From Nemertoderma westbladi (lineage: Eukaryota; Animalia; Xenacoelomorpha): a DNA stretch of 64,000 nt. Location: assembly GCA_032718475.1 (NCBI GenBank), contig JAUCBJ010005600.1, positions 87,755 through 151,754 of the forward strand, written 5' to 3'. Below, piece after piece: positions 52,295 through 64,000 of this stretch (the stretch's first letter is position 1; the number at the start of each line of letters is the position of its first letter). The notes below the pieces were generated by a model, which worked only from the letters and a program-made list of their open reading frames with translations, was not told where the DNA came from and did not search any database. Position numbers and translations under genes: made by a program.

Positions 52295-54167
52295 CGTGGC
52301 TTCCTTTTGTACACCACAATATTGAACCCTTGTGACTTCCTTTTGTACACCACAATATTGAACCCTGGTGACTTCCTTTTGTACACCACAATATTGAACC
52401 CTTGTGACTTCCTTTTGTACACCACAATATTGAACCCTTGTGACTTCCTTTTGTACACCACAATATTGAACCCTTGTGACTTCCTTTTGTACACCACAAT
52501 ATTGAACCCTCTGGTATAGACTTTGTTTCCTTTTGTACACCACAATATTGAACCCTTGTGACTTCCTTTTGTACACCACAATATTGAACCCTTTTGACTT
52601 CCTTTTGTTCACCACAATATTGAACCCTGGCGACCTCCTTTTGAACACCACAATATTGAACCCTTGTGACTTCCTTTTGTACACCACAATATTGAACCCT
52701 TGTGACTTCCTTTTGTACACCACAATATTGAACCCTTGTGACTTCCTTTATTTGTACACCACAATATTGAACCCTCTGGTATAGACTTTGTTTCATTTTG
52801 TACACCACAATATTGAACCCTCTGGTATAGACTTTGTTTCCTTTTGTACACACAATATTGAACCCTTGTGACTTCCTTTTGTACACCACAATATTGAACC
52901 CTTGTGACTTCCTTTTGTACACCACAATATTGAACCCTTGTGACTTCCTTTTGTACACCACAATATTGAACCCTTGTGACTTCCTTTTGTACACCACAAT
53001 ATTGAACCCTTGTGACTTCCTTTTGTACACCACAATATTGAACCCTTGTGACTTCCTTTTCTACACCACAATATTGAACCCTTTTGACTTCCTTTTGTAC
53101 ACCACAATATTGAACCCTTGTGACTTCCTTTTGTACACCACAATATTGAACCCTTGTGACTTCCTTTTGTACACCACAACATTGAACCCTTGTGACTTCC
53201 TTTTGTACACCACAATATTGAACCCTTGTGACTTCCTTTTGTACACCACAATATTGAACCCTTGTGACTTCCTTTTGTACACCACAATATTGAACCCTTG
53301 TGACTTCCTTTTGTACACCATAATATTGAATCCTTGTGACTTCCTTTTGTACACCACAATATTGAACCCTTGTGACTTCCTTTTGTACACCACAATATTG
53401 AACCCTTGTGACTTCCTTTTGTACACCACAATATTGAACCCTTGTGACTTCCTTTTGTACACCACAATATTGAACCCTTGTGACTTCCTTTTGTCCACCA
53501 CAATATTGAACCCTTGTGACTTCCTTTTGTACACCACAATATTGAACCCTTGTGACTTCCTTTTGTACACCACAATATTGAACCCTTGTGACTTCCTTTT
53601 GTACACCACAATATTGAACCCTTGTGACTTCCTTTTGTACACCACAATATTGAACCCTTGTGACTTCCTTTTGTACACCACAATATTGAACCCTTGTGAC
53701 TTCCTTTTGTACACCACAATATTGAACCCTTGTGACTTCCTTTTGTACACCACAATATTGAACCCTTGTGACTTCCTTTTGTACACCACAATATTGAACC
53801 CTTGTGACTTCCTTTTGTACACCACAATATTGAACCCTTGTGACTTCCTTTTGTACACCACAATATTGAACCCTTGTGACTTCCTTTTGTACACCACAAT
53901 ATTGAACCCTTGTGACTTCCTTTTGTACACCACAATATTGAACCCTTGTGACTTCCTTTTGTACACCACAATATTGAACCCTTGTGACTTCCTTTTGTAC
54001 ACCACAATATTGAACCCTTGTGACTTCCTTTTGTACACCACAATATTGAACCCTCTGGTATAGACTTTGTTTCCTTTTGTACACCACAATATTGAACCCT
54101 CTGGTATAGACTTTGTTTCCTTTTGTACACCACAATATTGAACCCTCTGGTATAGACTTTGTTTCCT
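52295..54167. repeat. Intronic tandem satellite, 36-bp unit with interspersed 46-bp variant, ~50 copies
   Basis: Unit ttccttttgtacaccacaatattgaacccttgtgac; variant carries ctggtatagactttgt. Confidence 0.97.
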
Positions 54168-54524
54168 TAGACTTAGTTAAGGTTGTCAGTTGTAATGATG
54201 TAATTGTAACTACAAACTTGTGTTTTTTTTTCGGGAAGATATATACACCATGACCCGTTTCTGATGACACGGACCCCCCCCCCCCAGATTTTTCTACAAA
54301 TCTTTATCATATTGCTTGAAATTTGAAACACAATTAGTTCCACTTACCGTCGATGTCCTGTCCACATGAAGCCGGAATTTTCGATTTTGCCAGTAAATTA
54401 TTTTCATGGGCGTTTAAAAAAAAAAGGCTTTTGCGAAATTGCACATCTCCTATCGTCGTCATTTTTCATATTATTGAATAATTGTTCACATCAATAGAAA
54501 GCTTGCCTTGCAAGGATTCCAAAT

Positions 54525-54850
54525 ATGTAACAATGTTTGAATTTCGTTGAAAAACAGCTGAGAAATAGGCGTTCAAAGATTGCAGGAATTATTGTTCACT
54601 GAAGGCCATTTATTCTATTTAATAAATACACAAAATTCTAGAATGTGTTATTTATATTATGAGTTGGTGGGCAAAGGGATATGCCTATACAATATCTCGA
54701 TCACTTAGCTATTCATGCATGAACAAAACGTTCTAGAACATTGTGTATTTATTAAATATAATAAATGGCCTTCACCGAACGATAGTTCTTGGAATCTTTG
54801 AAAGCCTATATATCAGCTATTTCTCAACGAAATTCAGATATTGTTACATA
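54525..54850. mobile_element. Foldback/MITE-like inverted repeat (~90-bp arms)
   Basis: tatgtaacaat...gaatttcgttga...ttcaaagatt...gaaggccatttatt (54525-54614) is the imperfect reverse complement of 54760-54850. Confidence 0.65.
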
Positions 54851-54965
54851 TAGGGATGTCCCGGAATTCCGTTCCTGCCGGAATTCCGGCGGTTTTTGCC
54901 TGATTCCGGTTCCGGCCGGAATTGCCGGAATGGGGTCAATTCCGGCCGGAATTTTACCGGAATTA
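54851..54965. mobile_element. hAT-like terminus with ccggaatt subterminal repeats
   Basis: Starts tagggatg followed by clustered ccggaat(t) motifs; other end not identified. Confidence 0.45.
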
Positions 54966-55580
54966 CAAGGTTGCTAACTAGTTTGATAGTTGCAATTGTT
55001 AGTTTGTTAAATTGTTATCACACATTATGTATACATTTACATTTTCACAAAAATTAAACTGTAACATGTAATTGACTCTCATTTATTGTTTTGGTTCGAA
55101 TAACATGTTACTGTAAGCGGATACTTTCCTTTAACGGCACTAGGATATTGCTCCAAATGACGTAATGACGGAATCCTAGGTTGTGTGCAAACGAAGGTTT
55201 TTAGGTTTGAGTGTAATAACTAAACTATTGGCCAAGGTTTATAGGTTTTTGAAAAAATAAATGAAATAGTTTAGACTGTCTTTTAACCCTATTTGGCTAG
55301 GGGGTGGGGGTCATTTGAGAATATATTTTGTAATTCTTTTTGTGGGAAAAACCAAGATTTCGTGACTTTTCCTAAAATTTAAATAAACATGGGTATGTTC
55401 ATTTTCGTGCTGAGGTCCCTTTCTTGCACCCATCTCCAGTATTTTGAGCTAAAATTTTCAAAAGTTTTAATGGCTCGCCTAAATTATTTTATTTGTGGTA
55501 CATAGCGGTTTTTAGATGCTGATCACGATTATTGAACTCAAATATAACATTCGAGAAAATGTTTGGTAATTCCCGGGGCA

Positions 55581-55894
55581 CAGACACAATAATCGGATAC
55601 TAACCTTCGTTTCTCCAGCTTCGTGCATCACGTAGGCTCGAACACTAGACGGTATTAACAAACACAATAATCGGATACTAACCTTCGTTTCTCCAGCTTC
55701 GTGCATCACGTAGGCTCGAACACTAGACGGTATTAACAAACACAATAATCGGATACTAACCTTCGTTTCTCCAGCTTCGTGCATCACGTAGGCTCGAACA
55801 CTAGACGGTATTAACAGACACAATAATCGGACACTAACCTTCGTTTCTCCAGCTTCGTGCATCACGTAAGGCTCGAACACTAGACGGTATTAAC
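55581..55894. repeat. Four tandem copies of a 78-bp unit spanning a SMEK exon end and 5' splice site
   Basis: AAG|GTTAGT donors recur at 55839, 55761, 55683 and 55605. Confidence 0.95.
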
Positions 55895-56025
55895 TCAACA
55901 ATGAAACAAAAGACATCGACAGCCATAGTTTGGATGCCGTTGGTTGTGTTGGTTGCTGTGGAAACGCCACCATCGTAATTAAAGCAAGCTACTAGACCAG
56001 GCAAAATCCCTATGGCGACCAGTTT
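55839..56025 (-). CDS. PPP4R3: SMEK/PPP4R3 exon with an apparent +1 frameshift near 55868
   Basis: KLVAIGILPGL...AVDVFCFIVELIPSSVRA(YVMHEAGETK) resembles LGILPAL...[24 protein letters not shown]. Length is 187 nt between two phase-0 neighbours. Confidence 0.85.
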
Positions 56026-56503
56026 CTATTAAAAAAGTTAAATAAATATATATAATTCATAAAATAAATATTATTAATAATAAATAATACAACAAAAGTC
56101 GACACCCCCCCCCCCCCCCCCACCCACCCCCCTCTCCCCTCCCCCCCTCTCCCCCCCCCCCCCACCCACCCCCTCTCCCCTCCCCCCTCTCTCTCCCCCC
56201 CACCCCACCCCCCCCCCTCTTCCCCCCTCTCTGTCACAAAATGCCACGCAAGCTGGAGCTGGAACCCCCCCCCCCACCCCCCCCCCCCCTAGTGCATGTC
56301 ATACTTTATGAACGCTACCTCTAATGCCTTTACTTAAAATATAGGACATCTGAAACCCAATGGAGATGTGTAAATCTCACACGAAAATAAAAGTCAGAAA
56401 AATAGTAATTTAAAATTAATAGTCACGTTAGTTGTCACTTTTAACACAAAATCGTTACGTTCAAATCAACTAGCTTTACGTATGAAGAGGGCTACTGGCA
56501 TAC

Positions 56504-56653
56504 CTTTACGAACTGTTCTTTAGCGTGGGGTTGAAGAGTTTGTGAGAATGAACAAAGTTCTCGTAGGAAACCTACTAGCTCCTTTCTTCTTTCCCCATCA
56601 GTAGTATTATTGCAGAGTTGCTTGAATACATCACACAGGAATTCATCCTCGTT
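56504..56653 (-). CDS. PPP4R3: SMEK/PPP4R3 exon
   Basis: [13 protein letters not shown]...[21 protein letters not shown]; 150 nt, phase 0/0. Confidence 0.93.
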
Positions 56654-59639
56654 CTTAAAAATAAAGAATTGTAATGTAAATTTGGCAACATTTTCTCGGG
56701 ACATCCGATTAACATAATAACGGTAACTTTACTGTACGTACGTACACTATACAGCCCAGTAAGCTACGGTACTGGTATGGCACGGTTAGGTTTACGTAGG
56801 TCCAACACCGCGGCCGCCTGGGATATTGGAGATGAAAGGCATTTTTATTTTTATATGGATATGGACGGACATTTTGAAAAATTACAGCTTGTATTTAAAT
56901 AAGTAAACAATTTTATACATGCTTATAAACAACTCCGCCAGCCTTCAACCCGTTGTTGGGGGCCTACAGTGTATATATAGTACACAATAGGACTACCGGT
57001 ATATCTGGTAGGTTGGTCACCCCACGTGCCGCGCGACGTCTAAACCAACATAATGTTATTATGAGCATCAAATAATTAAAAACTATGAATTTGTAACGGA
57101 ATGTGACACACCTGGGACTTAATATTGCATAACAATTAGATTCATCGCCCAGATTATATAATAATTTATTGATAACGACATTCCCTTATTATTACAGCGG
57201 ATGTGAATCGGCATTACATTAGAGGAAAAGTCTGACTCCCAATTACTGCTTCAAACTGCATAGGTGAACGGCACTTAACGATGTAAGCGTGTTAAGGAAT
57301 TGACAGGTGATTATTAATTCCTGAATATCCACACCCTTGCTCTGAATAAATAATATTACAATCCTTTCAGGAAGGCCTGGGGACAACTGCTGAGAATTAA
57401 GGCGGACGTATTGAGCGTGTAGTTAGCTCGCTCTGCATCCAGCCAATAGCACGGACTACTTCCGGCGAGGTTATAGTGTTCTACTAATTCGCAGTATTCC
57501 TTACGCGAGGTTGCACAAAGGATAGGGAAGGGATAGTGTCCGACGAGGCTCAGGTAGCGGCGTGCCATTCCGGCTGCATAAGAAGCCAACAAACGCAAGG
57601 CTTGTCTGAACCGGAGCAGTAACAACTCAGTATGTGGGAAGGTCGTCGGGGGTGGACGGACTGTATTCCTGTTGGCCGATCCCTCAACTATTCCGAAGAG
57701 AGGAGGACACCTTGCAGTTAGTTAGCCGAGTAATCATTGGGTTAGCCCTTCTGAGATTACCAGTAAACGTAAACTCACAGAGCTTCACTACTGTATAACT
57801 AAACTAGTGATGGCTGTCCCACCCCATTGCCTCTGCCTTCTAGGTATCCCAAGGCAACACGCATCTACTGAGCTCTCAGCCCCATGCCATCACCCCCATC
57901 CCTCCCAGCCAACTAGCCTCTCTCTTTCTCACTCTCTCTATCTATCATCCCCCGCCTACAGTATCCACTCAAAGACATATACACATGCATACACCAACAC
58001 ACAACGCCAGCGATTTGTGCAAATTTGCAGAATTTACCACTTCCACGCCGAATTAGAAGCCATACAATAGTAATAGGATGCGGGGATTGCTCCCCATGTC
58101 CAGCAATGTGGTTGGAGCTTCTCGACCTTGCCTCAACCCTCTCGATGTATACCAGCAGTGCCGCAGGATCCAATTATGCCTATCGGGGTTCGATAGTTAA
58201 TTGTTTATTTAGATACGTCGCGAGAACACAATCGTTGTTACTTAAAATAAAACAGCCGTCATGTGTCACCATCGGGGAGGGAAGCCAAAGCTAAGCAAGC
58301 GTTTAACACGCTCAAACGCCATATATACATCCATATACCCATAATACTCCACTCAGGACATATTCGTATATGCAATATAGAGAGCAAGCATGTGCAGCTT
58401 TTATTTAATTATTACTTGTTGCATATATATCATCGTACAATATAACGCTAAGAGAGTTGTCTGTCTTGTGTAGCATGTGCAAATATGGTGGGTGTATTGA
58501 TCTGATGGAATAAACGAGAGTTGAGGCAGGGTAAATTATTATCTCTGCTATAGTGTGTCCTATAGTGGGAGTAATATAAATGGCATATATTGGTCCCGTC
58601 AAGTTGGCGCTTCTCATAAGAAACAAATAAATATGTTTCTGAATACCACATAATCGGCTAGAGGCCACTTCAGTTGACATAGTGTCAAATCATGTTCATT
58701 ATTTAATGAGGATATATTTATCAGATTGCGGGTACCAGTAGGTCAGGTACCATAATACAGTAGTTACCCGCGTACCAATCGGAACCCCTGAGGGTGGGGT
58801 ACATTTAATAAGTCCAATTCTCCCATAAGGTTTATGAGATCCCAATTAGCATAATAGAATACCTCAGTTGTGGTGAGCATGTATGACATTCATCCTCAGA
58901 GAAATCACATCTTGCTTTGGGCTAAAAAGGTACCAGCATATACTCTGATGAACATATTATAAGCATTGATTAAAGTCATAGTGAGTGATGAATGATGATT
59001 CTGTGAAGCAAAATATTCCACTTACTATATGCATGATTGTAATGCGATGACTGCCTAATTGTCCAAATAGATCTGAATAATCATTAGAGTAATCAATTAC
59101 ACAGAATATTATTTAATGATACTATGCCATCATCAACACCTTCATCCTGTACATCCCAATCCTGTATGTCTGCCGCTCTCCTTTTTCGCGCCTTATTGGT
59201 TATGCATTGGATCAAGTTTGTATGTGCCATAATATCCCACCTTGCTGACCTGACTCTCAGCTCAGACATACAATGACCTCATTCATCCGCTGCTGTCTTC
59301 AGCCTAAACTGCTCTCCCAACCTGATAGTGCAAACTTCCTACAAGATCGATTGTTGTCATGCATGTCAGTCATGGTTGAATGATCTACCTACACTTTAAT
59401 CGCACAGGCTGGTGATATGGCTAGTCTCGCCTTCCAGCATCGATGGTAACATATACCTGAATGACGACACCATGTCCCACACTTCAGCTTATCTTTGCCG
59501 GGATGGCCTCTTCTCTTATCTTGCCATCCCCCAGGCAACTTTTACTACCAATCCTCTTACATCTATGTGCTTCGTCACTTCGAACAAGACAAAACAGAAT
59601 GGGACTCCATCTACATTCCACACGACCCCCATACTTAAA

Positions 59640-59872
59640 GAAATTCTAAACCACTCACCCACTTAGAGGAATCTGCCGTCCTAACTGACAACCCGCACAT
59701 GAAGCAACAATTCCTCCTGCAAGGCCTAGATATAGACTCCCATTGCCATTGCCAGCCTTTATAACTTTTTGTTGGGCACAGCTTTTGCAAAGTCGGCAAT
59801 GACGTCCAGGTGGGATCAAACTGGTGACCTCTGGGTTGGAAGTCTGACGCTCTAACCATTCAGCTAGCCAGC
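59640..59872 (-). mobile_element. Probable tRNA-derived SINE (second family)
   Basis: Minus-strand head gctggcTAGCTGAATGGttagagcgtcagacttccaacccagaggtcaccAGTTTGATCCc has A/B-box similarity but no convincing cloverleaf; 3' boundary uncertain. Confidence 0.5.
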
Positions 59873-60364
59873 AGTAAATCACCAACAAGCCCATGTAGAA
59901 CCACTTACTCTTGTGTCATCGTGTCTGTGTGTCAACTTGGAACTTTATTAGTTTTAGTAGCAGTGTCTGGTAGCTTGAGTAACATTGTTTATTCTATGAG
60001 CTTGGGGTAGGTAAACCGAGTAAATCTATTAGTTGTCTATTAGAGAAGTCTATTCTAGATGAGTGGAAGTCTATTAGCTTGTTAAACCATAATTGTCTAG
60101 CTTGTGGGGCTTTGTAGTTATTCGTAATTGTGTAAAATTGTATCCAGTAAAAGTGAAATGATGACCAAATTGTACTTAAAGATTCCACTATGTTGAATTA
60201 TTATGGTAATGACTGAAATCAGGTAGAGTAACATTGTTTCAATGTCATTTAGATTGGGTTGGCTGACATTTAAAGACACAGAATTAACACTTACTTGCGT
60301 AATCGTTAACAAACATTCATTATGTGTGATAAAATGAAAAAAATATGAGATCAATAATACATAC

Positions 60365-60991
60365 CTGAATGTGTTGAACAATTTCAACCTTGTTGAAGAA
60401 TATATAGCTGGTGAGTGATGAGTAGCTGCTTTCGTCACTGTTGCAGGATGGTGGAAGTATCACATCAAGAATATACTGAACTCTGTAAGTCTGATGGATC
60501 TGTTTGATTAGATCGGTGTTATTCTTCGAAGGAATAACCCCGCGGAACCTAGCAAACCGTCGCAAGAACTCCCTGTGTTTCCTGGGAGACACAGCACTAG
60601 GATCGTTTTCTAAGCAGCCTATGACATCCCAGATAACGTCCTCTTGCAGCATAATCTCGAGTAAAGAGTATTTATTAATAATGAAAAGGTTTTTAACTAT
60701 ACCATACAGTTGCTTCAAGGGGACACAATTTTTGTTGGCCTCACATTGTCTGTATATCTCCATGAGTTTGGGAATGTAGTCGCTGGCTTCCATGGCAGCT
60801 GATATGCGTTCTCGCAAGCAGAAGGTCGACATACTCTTCAGGAGTAACTCGTGAATGTCATCGAGGTGATCCAAGTCAACAGTTGGAAGTTCTACTGGAG
60901 ATCCCATTCCCGCCATCGCATTGCCTTTGTCCAATAATCGTTCGCCTGCGGAATCGACATGGTCTCCTCTCGGCATATTCTTACCATGCAC
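60365..60991 (-). CDS. PPP4R3: SMEK/PPP4R3 exon (SMK-1 domain)
   Basis: VELP..DL..L...YIPKL...CE...DVIGCLE.DP...KHREFL...F..VIP...IHQTYRVQYI.DVILP...S.IFFNKVEIV; tatAG|GTG acceptor, CAG|GTAT donor, 627 nt. Confidence 0.95.
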
Positions 60992-61699
60992 CTATAATAA
61001 TATAAGGATAGTGAATATTATTTTTGCACATAAATATTTGTAAGTTTGTTTATTATTAAACTATGAATAATTCTATACGAACGCGACAGTGCATCCACTC
61101 ATCCACCAAGTTTATTACAAGTTTTGGACATTTGCAAAATTTTATGTATATAATATATTGGTTCCGCAAAAAAATAACAAAGAAAAACGCATAAAAACTA
61201 TAAAAATTTATTAATTGTAATTTATATAATCCCGAAATATTTGGCGTTTAAAGTAAATTTCAAGCTCTATCAGTCAATTATGATGAGAATAAAATTCTTC
61301 ATCCTTTCAATTGGTGATCCTCACTTATACATTATAACTTATAAGTAAGTGAATTCATTGATCACAACTATATCTGAAAAGAGGATAAATGTGTTTGCTG
61401 TTAACCATTAAATAATGGCTAGACAATTTAACAGATTCCATCCATTAACCGCAACTAGAAAACTCTACAACAATAGCTACGAATATTATTAAAACCACGG
61501 TGGGATTACCTTGAAAAGGAAATTAATGAAAGGGATCGCATTGAGTGGATGAGATGTTGCGCAGTGTTTGGAAGAGGAGAAAAACATGTTTATACAGTAA
61601 TTAGTGTGTTTTATTGCAGTTGAAGGAGGCCGGTATTATGCAAAATATTTATTATTTTTAATTATTATCGAATCCCCGGGAGGGTTTGCCAGGTACCAA

Positions 61700-62010
61700 C
61701 ACAATGAACTGGTATATACTGAACTGCAGTACAGATACAGTTGCATATATGATAAAGGGACATTAAACTTCCGTTGGAGACACCAGACTCATGGAGGGTA
61801 CCTAGACACCACGGTCATGGTCACTGGTCATTGGTCACCCCAATCATGGGTATGATTACGAACACCCTATGATACGCATATTACGAATGAGTCACTATTT
61901 GGCTCACCGGTAAAGCCGAGCTTCACCCTTTCAAAAACAATGTCAAAGATTCGCTTGGCAATACTGCAGCACTAGCGATCAACCAGTATAATAATCGTCC
62001 AGTGCCTGAA
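61700..62010 (+). mobile_element. Possible highly decayed RTE 3' fragment
   Basis: HITNESLFG-like peptide at ~61877-61903 resembles the RTE H.TN..LYG motif; little else recognisable. Confidence 0.3.
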
Positions 62011-64000
62011 TCTCAAAAAAACAAATATAACTTGAATTTTGCAAACATTATGTGATAATAAATCTGGATATGGAATCATATACTATCTACCTTATTTATT
62101 ATTATTTATTATTATTAGTATGCGCCAGTAAGTAGTAATAGTAAATCATCAATAAAGCCTTCAACACCAAGATATTGAATAATTAATTTAAAAAAAAGAT
62201 TATATATGTAATAAATTAATTATAAACTTACAAATCAATATTTTTGTTAAATATTATTGCAATCATTAATAATTAAATTAGTTAATTGATTAAATAAAAC
62301 TAAACATGAATCAAATAAACAGAACAATATGCTATTAAGATCTCTTTGAGAGAAGCACTGGCACACTTACCCAGTAAAAACGGTGAAATCGATTTTCTTC
62401 CATCCACCAAGAATTCCAAAAGAATGCCATGGAAACGCGAGAAGACCTCTTAGGGTTCGAAACAATATCCACACCTCCAGACTAAAACTCAGGTGATATT
62501 GAAAAATAAAGCAATCTTCTAAGTCTCAATATATTAATTAATGCCCAGTCAGAGTGTATGTAGTAGTTACCAGACCGATTCACAATGACACTGGGGATTA
62601 GGTCAGACCGTTATGAGCCACTGCCCATTAATCTGAGGCCCCAAATCATTACAACGCGCAATGATGATGATATGCCGTGTCCATTTTTATATTATTATTA
62701 TTACATCGCCGCTACACATAATACACAATGCCAATTGAGTCAATGACAAACGTTTAAACATTTATCCGTCGATTAAGGACAATCTTACACGCAGTCTCAC
62801 AATGCAACAATGTTTGTTTTCTTGGCAAGACAGAATGTCCTATTTAAGGACCATTGTGTCGAGGCTATACACGAAACATCTTGGCTCCGCCACTTGTAGC
62901 AATGGGTTGGCATTATACTTATACGATGGCATTATTCCTCAACACGCCAAATAATAATCCATTTCCAACCAATTAACGATATCTAACACCGGAAATCACT
63001 GATTATCTAAATAAGCGTCGTTTAACAAGTAAACCGTCAAAATAAGCTATTAGTATAATCTACACTAGTATTTCAGCGAATGATTTGGCTCATTAGTAAT
63101 TAATTCGCACTGGCAGATAATATAACCATTGGCGTAGCTCTTCAAACAAATACACAAACAGGGGATGCTGCTCACGCCAGCACTATATCGATTGAGTAGG
63201 TTTTATTACACACATCTAGATGTAATCCGCGACTACTAATAGATACCAGGCCAAGTGCCATTGTTACAGTGGGAGGAAGCCAGCCCTACTAAGCTTCCAA
63301 GCAATAGCTACAGCTACAATACTGTATCAGGTGCTCTGGGACTGACAAATCAAATAGGAGCTGTATAGTGGGTAGGCAACCCCTGCTAGCCTGCTTCTCT
63401 CTTCAGGGGGAGAGAAGCCTGCCCATAGCTGCACTCATTACACACACACAACACAAGCAAGCACTACACACTGCACTGAACAGCTAACCATTAGGGCATC
63501 ACTATGCCAGGATTTTATTGATAACAGTGCAACAACAAAATATGACGGTTAACACACACAGAGCGCGTTCTTTCAAAGGCAGCAAGTCAGAGATCTATCG
63601 CTGGTATAATAGGTGGTTACGTTAGTATTAAAGGGGTATGATTGGGGTAGGGGTGGGGTATGGATGAGGGTGGAAGCTTGGACGACCGGGGGGTGTGTGA
63701 GCAGTCAGAGAGGAAGTATTATGTTGTATTACAATAGCCGGTCATACAATACGGGTGGTAAGGGAATTCAGTGGGTGCAAAACCTTGGCTCGATAGGGCG
63801 GGAATCTGGAACCCTACTCCCACCAAGGCGTTCTCTTTCAATAGAACCGCGCTGCCCTTTGGGGATTGTGTCATTACGCCCTGCGCACTGTAGGATTCCG
63901 CGTGTTCTTGATTTAGTTCAGCCCCGCTCAATCAATTACCTTTGGGAAGAGCCACACAGAATCGGAAGCAATCAATCAATAATTTATACAGTGGCCATTT

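Noticed and set aside
52183-54270. Long ORFs on both strands in the 36-bp array
   Set aside because: Lies within a SMEK intron whose flanking exons join without it; repeat artefact.
56104-56290. Poly-C tracts giving Gly-rich ORFs
   Set aside because: Low-complexity parts of a MITE; homopolymer lengths are unreliable.
57300-64000. Short ORFs outside the SMEK exon, and the missing SMEK EVH1 exons
   Set aside because: No recognisable motifs; probably decayed repeats. I could not locate EVH1-coding exons, which likely lie beyond the window.

Overview
Repeat-rich, intron-containing eukaryotic (animal, probably invertebrate) genomic DNA; no prokaryotic systems, CRISPR or rRNA. Genes: (1) the 3' part of a mucin-like/ZP-domain gene (+; exons <1-1756 and 3385-3529); (2) a long minus-strand SMEK/PPP4R3 (PP4 regulatory subunit 3) gene that I could thread through nine GT-AG exons from 60991 to 29004. 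Its 5' EVH1 exons were not found in the window, it ends in an unusual ~500-aa Pro/Ser/Cys/Tyr repeat tail, and one exon has a +1 frameshift and a four-fold duplicated splice donor; (3) two intronless membrane-protein ORFs nested in SMEK introns. The rest is decayed LINEs (RTE and RTEX-like), an internally deleted Gypsy element with odd termini, tRNA-derived SINEs, MITE/hAT/Helentron-like elements and many homogeneous tandem arrays (11-12, 26, 32, 36, 36, 43, 51 and 78 bp units). Nearly all giant ORFs in the track are artefacts of these arrays. The most notable pattern is that four arrays can be traced to a single-copy source at the same site: a LINE zinc-finger coding segment, an RTE linker coding segment, a transposon inverted-repeat arm and a SMEK exon-intron junction. 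I found no unambiguous new biological system; candidates are ranked in the findings. All calls are by eye, without database searches.
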